From the IMG/VR virus record IMGVR_UViG_3300043427_001127, positions 1-64,000 of that record: a stretch of 64,000 nt of DNA. One strand, written 5' to 3'. Under the pieces are notes generated by a model. It did not search any database, was not told the DNA's origin, and was given only the letters and a program-made list of their open reading frames with translations. The translations under genes were made by a program, and so were the position numbers. Within the stretch, counting starts at the first letter, position 1, and each line of letters begins with the position of its first letter. The DNA is from a virus. Positions 1 through 5,561 of the stretch are shown here, piece after piece.

Positions 1-36
1 GACCCTGTAGACTAACAGCATCGAAACGAACCGACC

Positions 37-186
37 ATGACCCGCCTGATCTTCCCCCTCGCTTCCCTCGCTCTCTGCCTCTGGGTTGGCGGCAACGCCC
101 TCTCTGCTGGTCTGCAGATCACCAAGGCACACGCCGACCGCCTCGCTGTGACAATGTGCCAAGTGTCCGAGACTGACTGCCGCTGA
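37..186 (+). CDS. 49-aa early micro-protein with hydrophobic N-terminus (not in ORF track)
   Basis: Read manually: MTRLIFPLASLALCLWVGGNALSAGLQITKAHADRLAVTMCQVSETDCR*. It fits exactly between repeat copies 1 and 2. Confidence 0.7.
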   Translation: MTRLIFPLASLALCLWVGGNALSAGLQITKAHADRLAVTMCQVSETDCR

Positions 187-229
187 CCCCCTGACCCTGT
201 AGACTAAGATCAATCAAACGAAACGACCC

Positions 230-382
230 ATGACCGACTTCGACACCTGCTTCACCGAGATCCAAGATGCCCCTGGTGAGATCTTCGACATGGACTTCGA
301 CGACCGCTGGGATGCCGACGACTTCGACCGCCGCCGTATGGAGCGTGACGGTTGGGCGACTGTCTGCTGGGATGGGCGCTGA
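230..382 (+). CDS. 50-aa highly acidic early micro-protein (not in ORF track)
   Basis: MTDFDTCFTEIQDAPGEIFDMDFDDRWDADDFDRRRMERDGWATVCWDGR*; lies between repeat copies 2 and 3; C-ending codon bias. Confidence 0.75.
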   Translation: MTDFDTCFTEIQDAPGEIFDMDFDDRWDADDFDRRRMERDGWATVCWDGR

Positions 383-431
383 GGCGCTGACCCTGTAGAC
401 TAAGATCAATCAACACCCCCCCCCCCCTACC

Positions 432-626
432 ATGCGCCTCTCCCCTGCTACCCGCCTCGCTGACCGCCAGACCGTCTGGGTCAGCTACCGCAACGATGGC
501 AGCGCCTGGAATCAGAACCCCTCTATGGTCTACCCCGTGGGCATCCCCGCCACCGTATGGGCGGCGCAGTTCGCTGAGGTGCATCATGATGAGGCAATCG
601 CCAAGATCCCCACGTTTGAGCACTGA
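432..626 (+). CDS. 64-aa early hypothetical protein
   Basis: ORF track; downstream of repeat copy 3; same codon style as the neighbouring micro-ORFs. Confidence 0.75.
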   Translation: MRLSPATRLADRQTVWVSYRNDGSAWNQNPSMVYPVGIPATVWAAQFAEVHHDEAIAKIPTFEH

Positions 627-659
627 CCCCCCCCCCCTACGGGGGCACCCCCTACAGAC

Positions 660-907
660 GACCCATCATCCTAGCACCATGCCATCACCCCTCAAGTGGA
701 AGCAAGCAGAGCGAGATCTGAGAGCGAGCGGCGCTGTGCTCAAGCGCACGACAGCATCGCATCAGATCTGGAATCACCCCGCCTGGCAGACTGATGTGAT
801 CTTGCCGACCCATGGCAGCAAGGGGCGCAGCACCATCAGCCCTGGCATGTCCGCCGTGGTTCGCAAGGCACTGGCCGCGGCGACTGCATGACCCACCATC
901 CTAGCAC
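660..907. repeat. 18-bp direct repeat gaccca(t/c)catcctagcac flanking the hicA-like gene
   Basis: Copies at 660-677 and 890-907 with one mismatch. The reverse complement contains GTGCTAGGAT (extended -10-like). Confidence 0.75.
679..891 (+). CDS. hicA: HicA-family (dsRBD-fold) mRNA interferase-like protein, 70 aa
   Basis: From ATG 679: MPSPLKWKQAERDLRASGAVLKRTTASHQIWNHPAWQTDVILPTHGSKGRSTISPGMSAVVRKALAAATA. Matches the HicA pattern (L...G....R..(G/A)SH....HP......VP.H....I..G....I.K). Confidence 0.75.
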   Translation: MPSPLKWKQAERDLRASGAVLKRTTASHQIWNHPAWQTDVILPTHGSKGRSTISPGMSAVVRKALAAATA

Positions 908-1051
908 AGTCGCACCTGAGGACAGTCCAACGGTGCGACGCCCGTGCGACGGGCGCGGCCGAGCGAAAACCCATAGATACTATAAACCTACAAAACTTTG
1001 AAAACGCTCGACCGATTACGCTTTCATTTTAAAATTTTTTCCCAGAAAAAA

Positions 1052-1204
1052 ATGCTCAAAAAACCTCACAGGACTCTAACAACTCAAACGACAAAAACAG
1101 AGGAACTCTCATACATTTGGATGACTTTGAAAGAACTCGTTAAGATCTTGACAACTCGCACGTCCCGTGCTAAGATTCAACCAGAAAACGACAACACGAT
1201 TTAA
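1052..1204 (+). CDS. Hypothetical protein, 50 aa
   Basis: In-frame ATG at 1052 within ORF 998..1204; MLKKPHRTLTTQTTKTEELSYIWMTLKELVKIL... Confidence 0.55.
   Translation: MLKKPHRTLTTQTTKTEELSYIWMTLKELVKILTTRTSRAKIQPENDNTI
1148..1176 (+). promoter_or_regulatory. Host sigma70-type (early) promoter
   Basis: TTGACA (1148-1153), 17-bp spacer, extended TGc and TAAGAT (1171-1176), 30 nt upstream of ATG 1207. Confidence 0.85.
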
Positions 1205-1206
1205 TC

Positions 1207-1647
1207 ATGAAAACACTCTCAGTACTTTTGAGTTTGGCGACTCTGCTGCCCTCTGCGTCCTTCGCAGGTCTTCTGCATCCTGGATACGAAACCTCCACCA
1301 GACCGAGTGGAGCTGTAATCACCGATAGAAACGGTGGTAAGTACAGAATCTCTCCTGGTGAAGGAAGTCTGCGTCATATCTACAATGCAGAAATGGCAGC
1401 AGGCAAACCCACAAGTCTCAGTTGGATTGAGCAAGAAGCGATTGGAGTCTTTCAGAAAGATCAAAAAATCGCTCAGTATCAGAGCACTGTACAATACCAA
1501 CCACCCTCGTTCTTTCAAGGATCCAGCGGTGCTCCGATCGTAGTTCCACCGACTGTGATTAATACTCCTGGTGCTGTACCCCGTGAATGCCGCAGAAAGA
1601 GCATTAGTCTATTTCTTTTCTTTGATCTGCGAAACGAAGATTGCTGA
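1207..1647 (+). CDS. Hypothetical exported protein with signal peptide
   Basis: MKTLSVLLSLATLLPSASFA is a typical signal peptide; lies downstream of the sigma70 promoter. Confidence 0.75.
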   Translation: MKTLSVLLSLATLLPSASFAGLLHPGYETSTRPSGAVITDRNGGKYRISPGEGSLRHIYNAEMAAGKPTSLSWIEQEAIGVFQKDQKIAQYQSTVQYQPPSFFQGSSGAPIVVPPTVINTPGAVPRECRRKSISLFLFFDLRNEDC

Positions 1648-1814
1648 TGGAAGGACTTAGAGCTGTGGTAGTATACCGACAAGAAGGAAAAATAGAATGC
1701 CACAGTACTCATGGCAGAGTTGTAATGTTATCATTCAGCTCTGTCGTTTTTCCTATGGTGATTAATCACATTCGCCTTAGAGTTTTACCTAGTGACATTT
1801 ACTGGGTTGAATAG
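1647..1814 (+). CDS. 55-aa hypothetical protein (not in ORF track)
   Basis: TGATG coupling at 1645-1649; MEGLRAVVVYRQEGKIECHSTHGRVVMLSFSSVVFPMVINHIRLRVLPSDIYWVE*; fills the gap between neighbours. Confidence 0.55.
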   Translation: MEGLRAVVVYRQEGKIECHSTHGRVVMLSFSSVVFPMVINHIRLRVLPSDIYWVE

Positions 1815-1844
1815 TGATATATAATGTAAACTGATTATATAACA

Positions 1845-2039
1845 ATGACTGCAAACGTTTACGAATCCACCGTAGAATACAACGAAGATTTCGGTGAATA
1901 TTATCTCACCATTCCCGACGAGCTTTTAGAGCATGTTGGTTGGGAAGAAGGTGATGTGCTAGAATGGCACATGAACAAAGATGGCACGGTCTTACTTGAA
2001 CGTGTCGATGAGTTTTTTGATGGAGAAGAAAATGAGTGA
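1845..2039 (+). CDS. AbrB/MazE/SpoVT-like swapped-hairpin DNA-binding protein
   Basis: YYLTIPDELLEHVGWEEGDVLEWHMNKDGTVLLERV matches the AbrB consensus (l.IP..l...lgw..GD.l......g.i.l). Confidence 0.75.
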   Translation: MTANVYESTVEYNEDFGEYYLTIPDELLEHVGWEEGDVLEWHMNKDGTVLLERVDEFFDGEENE

Positions 2040-2388
2040 ACCACTGAGAATGCAACAATCAAATACAAATCCATTAGCATATCGTTTAGTCGATAAGAAT
2101 GGTAACGTAGTCGAAGATAAAACTTTCGATAACTTTGATTCTCTTGCAGACTTTATGATGGAGCAAGCAGAAAAGTATTATCAAGGATTAGTCGATCCAG
2201 ACACTACTGTTGAAATGACAGCTTTTGACAATACTGGCAAAGTTTTATATCAAGATCAAGCAAGTTATACAAACAATGACACAGGAACAGGAACAGGAAC
2301 GCATCAAGAACTTGAGTCTATTCTCACAGAACTTGTTAACGAACGAACAGAAGATTCAGATAATGCAGCAGGGTTTGGAGAAACTTAA
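2032..2388 (+). CDS. Hypothetical protein
   Basis: ORF 1981..2388; probable start ATG 2032 (MSEPLRM) after GGAG. Confidence 0.65.
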   Translation: MSEPLRMQQSNTNPLAYRLVDKNGNVVEDKTFDNFDSLADFMMEQAEKYYQGLVDPDTTVEMTAFDNTGKVLYQDQASYTNNDTGTGTGTHQELESILTELVNERTEDSDNAAGFGET

Positions 2389-2539
2389 AGAGCGTGTTGC
2401 TTATTTGGAAGCAAGAATGGATAAGATTCCCGATCCTTTTGTGATTTATTACAAAGAACCAGGAAAAGAGGGGTATTCTAAGCTTAACGAAGCTTTGGAT
2501 AATCTTTATGCAGATTTAGAAAAGTTGAAAAATCAATGA
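2276..2539 (+). CDS. Hypothetical coiled-coil protein
   Basis: ORF 2225..2539; start uncertain (ATG 2276 or ~2363); ATGA overlap with the next gene. Confidence 0.6.
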   Translation: MTQEQEQERIKNLSLFSQNLLTNEQKIQIMQQGLEKLKERVAYLEARMDKIPDPFVIYYKEPGKEGYSKLNEALDNLYADLEKLKNQ

Positions 2540-3852
2540 CTGAAATAAATCCATTTAGGGGTACAAACTTTTTGTGCGCTGTTTATTCCTTTTTCGATTT
2601 TTCGTTGGCTGGTAGAATCTTACCTTTGTATGTTCCGAAAGAGATATTTACTGCGGCGTTTGCAACCTCGTTGAACTGGGCTCGTCTTGCTCTAACGTTT
2701 TTCGTAGATACGAGACAACTGAGACCTTTGGGACCGTTTGATGATTTAGAGAAGTGGTTAGAAAACAGGAAGTACTCCGACAATCCACTCATCCCGTATT
2801 TAAATACATACGACATTTTTGCCATTCCCATCACTTTCAGCCCAGATTTCTTTGAGCAACTTCAAGCAGCACCAAATCCTGCTGAAATATTTTCTGTTCG
2901 ATCCATATTTCTTGGTTGTGAGTTAGAATCTCCGATAAAAGGAAAGGATGATGACAATGCAACTGCATATCGTTATACAGATAGTAGAACTGGAAAATCT
3001 TACAAGAAAAAACCAAAGATAAACTACTCTGATTATTATGATGATGCTAAGTTGCTGTGGAAACCTGCATTATGCCAGGAACCTGCTGTTTTTGGTGTTT
3101 TACCCGTTCCAATGTCGGTTGTTGCCACTCTAGGTGGAGAAGTGATTTATCCGACTGCTCCAGCACCATCTTTGGGTCTGGAGTTTACATATTTCATTAC
3201 AGGTTATTTTACCGAAAGAAACTTTTTTGACCGAGAATGGATTACTGAGTGGGGAGTAATAACAGATGGCACTAGTTTACCGTATAGAATCAAGGTAGAT
3301 TGTTTTGGTGCATATTTCCAAGATCCGAATACTTACACAAATGCTGGAAACAAAGGTACTGATATTGCAGCAACTGAGTTGGAAGATAAACATTGGATTA
3401 AGTTTACCAGTTGGGATGTTGACGATTTTTACGAACCAGACTTCGGTAAAGCTACTTGGATTGATAATTCAAGAATCGAGAGATATGTACGAGGTGCCAC
3501 TAAAGTTTTACAATACAAACCTTCTGAGATCGGTAGTTTAAGATTCTATTTTTATTTCTACGTTGAAGCGGATGTTTACTCTCCCATCAGCATTATGGAT
3601 CATATCTGTCATCTGACAGTAAAATATAATAATAAGATTGCGGAAGAAAGAATAAAATACATGTATGCAGAAGAAGATGCAAATCAAAAGAGATGCCCAT
3701 TCTTAAATGAAGCTACTGTCATGCAGTTAACTGCGGAACATTACGGATTTCCGAACGTTGAGGCGTATCTGGAGTATAAATATGCCATAGGATCTAACTT
3801 TGGTGGCGGTTATCTTAACAATCCGCGCACCAATCCAAACCCAAATGTTTGA
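2536..3852 (+). CDS. Hypothetical protein, 438 aa
   Basis: Long ORF translationally coupled upstream; no recognisable family. Confidence 0.8.
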   Translation: MTEINPFRGTNFLCAVYSFFDFSLAGRILPLYVPKEIFTAAFATSLNWARLALTFFVDTRQLRPLGPFDDLEKWLENRKYSDNPLIPYLNTYDIFAIPITFSPDFFEQLQAAPNPAEIFSVRSIFLGCELESPIKGKDDDNATAYRYTDSRTGKSYKKKPKINYSDYYDDAKLLWKPALCQEPAVFGVLPVPMSVVATLGGEVIYPTAPAPSLGLEFTYFITGYFTERNFFDREWITEWGVITDGTSLPYRIKVDCFGAYFQDPNTYTNAGNKGTDIAATELEDKHWIKFTSWDVDDFYEPDFGKATWIDNSRIERYVRGATKVLQYKPSEIGSLRFYFYFYVEADVYSPISIMDHICHLTVKYNNKIAEERIKYMYAEEDANQKRCPFLNEATVMQLTAEHYGFPNVEAYLEYKYAIGSNFGGGYLNNPRTNPNPNV

Positions 3853-3877
3853 CATTTCAAGCAAAAGGCAGTAAAAT
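3849..3877 (+). promoter_or_regulatory. Sigma70-like promoter overlapping the PAAR start codon
   Basis: TTGACA 3849-3854, 17 bp, TAAAAT 3872-3877. Confidence 0.5.
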
Positions 3878-4316
3878 GGCAGTACCAGCAAAACTTACTC
3901 CCGCAAACCTCAATAACCACGCATCATTTATGCCAACTGGTCCAGAGTTAGCACCTGGAGTTGGGTATTCTGCGAATGTATTTCTAGAAAATCTACCCGC
4001 TATTCCTGCTGGCAGTCAGTATCTTCCTCACGATATACCTCCCGATATTATTAGTTGTCTCTTGAGACCACCACACAGAGATGAAGTGAGAGAAGGATGC
4101 CCTACTGTATGGGTAAATGGTCAACCAATGGCAAGAGTGGGTGACGGAATACAAGCACCTCTAGCATATCATCCATCTCCTCTTGCTCCTGCAGGGGTTT
4201 TAAGAGTTGGAGCATCAACAATACAAGTTGATAGTGGTCCTCCTATTCCTTATATTGGATGGCCATCTCTTCCTGTTCCTACTCCTCCTGGCAGAAAACC
4301 ACCAAGATTATGTTGA
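3876..4316 (+). CDS. PAAR-domain spike-tip protein (gp5.4-like)
   Basis: GCPTVWVNGQPMARVGD and SANVFLENLPA PAAR motifs with spaced His residues; upstream of gp25 as in T4-like cyanophages. Confidence 0.8.
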   Translation: MAVPAKLTPANLNNHASFMPTGPELAPGVGYSANVFLENLPAIPAGSQYLPHDIPPDIISCLLRPPHRDEVREGCPTVWVNGQPMARVGDGIQAPLAYHPSPLAPAGVLRVGASTIQVDSGPPIPYIGWPSLPVPTPPGRKPPRLC

Positions 4317-4341
4317 TTTGAAGTTTACATTTCATTTATTA

Positions 4342-4349
4342 AATAAATA
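4342..4349 (+). promoter_or_regulatory. T4-type late promoter variant AATAAATA
   Basis: Directly upstream of ATG 4355. Confidence 0.5.
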
Positions 4350-4354
4350 AGATT

Positions 4355-4501
4355 ATGGCAAAAGCACCTAGTTTTAATAAGTCTAGTTATGTTCCTGGCA
4401 AACCCAAGTGTACTCGCCAGGGTCGCTCAAAAAACACAAACCTAGCGGCATCCAGTCGCAACGGTCGCAAAAAACGCTACAGAGGACAAGGAAATGGCTA
4501 A
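4355..4501 (+). CDS. 48-aa small basic protein (not in ORF track)
   Basis: MAKAPSFNKSSYVPGKPKCTRQGRSKNTNLAASSRNGRKKRYRGQGNG*; resembles the K/R-rich YRGQG-ending proteins recalled near PAAR/gp25 in T4-like cyanophages. Confidence 0.75.
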   Translation: MAKAPSFNKSSYVPGKPKCTRQGRSKNTNLAASSRNGRKKRYRGQGNG

Positions 4502-4679
4502 AAGACGCGCAAGAAACGAAGACGGAACATTCGTTGCTGACGATCCAAATACCCCAGAAAACGAAGCATGGGAAGAAGTACCAGCAGGTGAGGCAGCTCC
4601 TAGGGTTTTTGGATGGGTTGCAGGTAGAAATGCGAACCGTCAGATTCACCCAGACACCAATCCAGAAGTACTAGGATGA
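4494..4679 (+). CDS. Phage hypothetical protein
   Basis: RARNEDGTFVADDPNTPENEAW motif; overlaps the previous stop. Confidence 0.7.
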   Translation: MAKRRARNEDGTFVADDPNTPENEAWEEVPAGEAAPRVFGWVAGRNANRQIHPDTNPEVLG

Positions 4680-4689
4680 GATAAGTTGC

Positions 4690-4914
4690 ATGTCTATGCT
4701 CCAACTTGACCCTCAAATACCCGTCTTGACCCCTAAAGGGTCGGGATGGGCATTTTTTTTAATCGATAGAAGTCAAGAACATGACCTAGAATGGGTAGTT
4801 TTCTTGGATGAAGGCGGATTTTGCTGGACTTTTCGCAATTCAGATGTTAGAATACAGAAAAATATGACCTTCGGGCGCGAAAATATTGAAAAATTCGGGA
4901 TAGCAACCCCGTAA
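4690..4914 (+). CDS. Phage hypothetical protein
   Basis: ORF track; LQLDPQIPVLTPKG...WVVFLD...CWTFRN. Confidence 0.75.
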   Translation: MSMLQLDPQIPVLTPKGSGWAFFLIDRSQEHDLEWVVFLDEGGFCWTFRNSDVRIQKNMTFGRENIEKFGIATP

Positions 4915-4947
4915 AAAGTTCTGTTTAACCTTTTTAGGAGAAAACAG

Positions 4948-5139
4948 ATGGCAAAATACCAAGTCGATAGAGACATTTCGTATATGAAAGAGAACTGGGG
5001 CACCACAAAGTTGATTACTGACTACGATTCTCTTTCGAAATCAGAAAAAAATAGAAAAAATGACCCCCCAGAGAATAGACTAGGAAAGCATTGTGGTGGC
5101 AAAGAGGGATTTGACGATTACGTGGAGTGGTGGGTATAA
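4948..5139 (+). CDS. Cyanophage hypothetical protein
   Basis: AGGAG RBS at 4936-4940; YMKENWGTTKLITDY. Confidence 0.75.
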   Translation: MAKYQVDRDISYMKENWGTTKLITDYDSLSKSEKNRKNDPPENRLGKHCGGKEGFDDYVEWWV

Positions 5140-5142
5140 ATA
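5135..5142 (+). promoter_or_regulatory. T4 late promoter TATAAATA
   Basis: Exact consensus upstream of gp25. Confidence 0.85.
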
Positions 5143-5164
5143 ATACTATAAATACCGTCTTTTT

Positions 5165-5560
5165 ATGCCAATCAGCAGAGGATTCCGAGATATTAATATT
5201 ACTTTCGGTAAGCATCCTGTTACTGATGATTTGCTCGTAGTAAAAGATTTCAATGCTATTAAAAACTCCATTACAAATCTTCTACTTACTGTGAGGGGTG
5301 AACGTTTTTTTAACCCAAACATAGGTAGTAAGATTTATGATTTGTTGTTTGAACCAATGGATTTTATTACGAGCGAATCTTTAAAATCAGAAATAAAGTA
5401 TACTATTCGTGCTTTTGAACCTAGAGTCAATCTAAAAAATGTTTTAGTTAACGAAGATTACGATAATAATGCGTATGACATTGAAATAGAATACTCTGTT
5501 ATTGGATTGCCAGAAAAAACCGATACTATACAGCTTACTCTAGAGAGAACAAGAGCATAA
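5165..5560 (+). CDS. g25: Baseplate wedge subunit gp25
   Basis: AIKNSITNLLLTVRGERFFNPNIGS...FEPRV GPW/gp25 motifs. Confidence 0.95.
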   Translation: MPISRGFRDINITFGKHPVTDDLLVVKDFNAIKNSITNLLLTVRGERFFNPNIGSKIYDLLFEPMDFITSESLKSEIKYTIRAFEPRVNLKNVLVNEDYDNNAYDIEIEYSVIGLPEKTDTIQLTLERTRA

Positions 5561-5561
5561 A

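Larger units (their letters stand above)
1..413 (+). repeat. Three copies of promoter-like direct repeat (ct)gaccctgTAGACTaa, each directly upstream of a micro-ORF
   Basis: gaccctgtagactaa at 1-15, 193-207 and 389-403. Copies 2 and 3 are identical over 27 bp (191-217, 387-413). TAGACT (8-13, 200-205, 396-401) resembles a sigma70 -10 box, and an ATG follows within ~25-30 nt. Confidence 0.85.

Noticed and set aside
1-413. CRISPR array
   Set aside because: Spacers are ~170 nt and are complete ORFs, the repeat carries a -10 box, and there are no cas genes.
496-678. 131-aa N-terminally extended version of the HicA ORF
   Set aside because: The extension overlaps ORF 432 and crosses the poly-C tract; the HicA-like pattern begins at ATG 679.
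119-974. Minus-strand ORFs 119..409, 252..623 and 774..974
   Set aside because: Antisense shadows of GC-rich + strand micro-genes; they cross the promoter repeats.
940-1000. Chimeric assembly or host-phage junction at the GC shift
   Set aside because: The left side has phage-like micro-gene cassettes sharing a promoter motif with the right side, and a stem spans the junction. Read mapping would be needed to exclude it fully.
909-1014. tRNA gene
   Set aside because: No cloverleaf, T-loop (GTTCRA) or acceptor stem.
4383-4674. ORFs 4383..4649(-) and 4408..4674(+)
   Set aside because: They overlap two better-supported genes (4355..4501 and 4494..4679).
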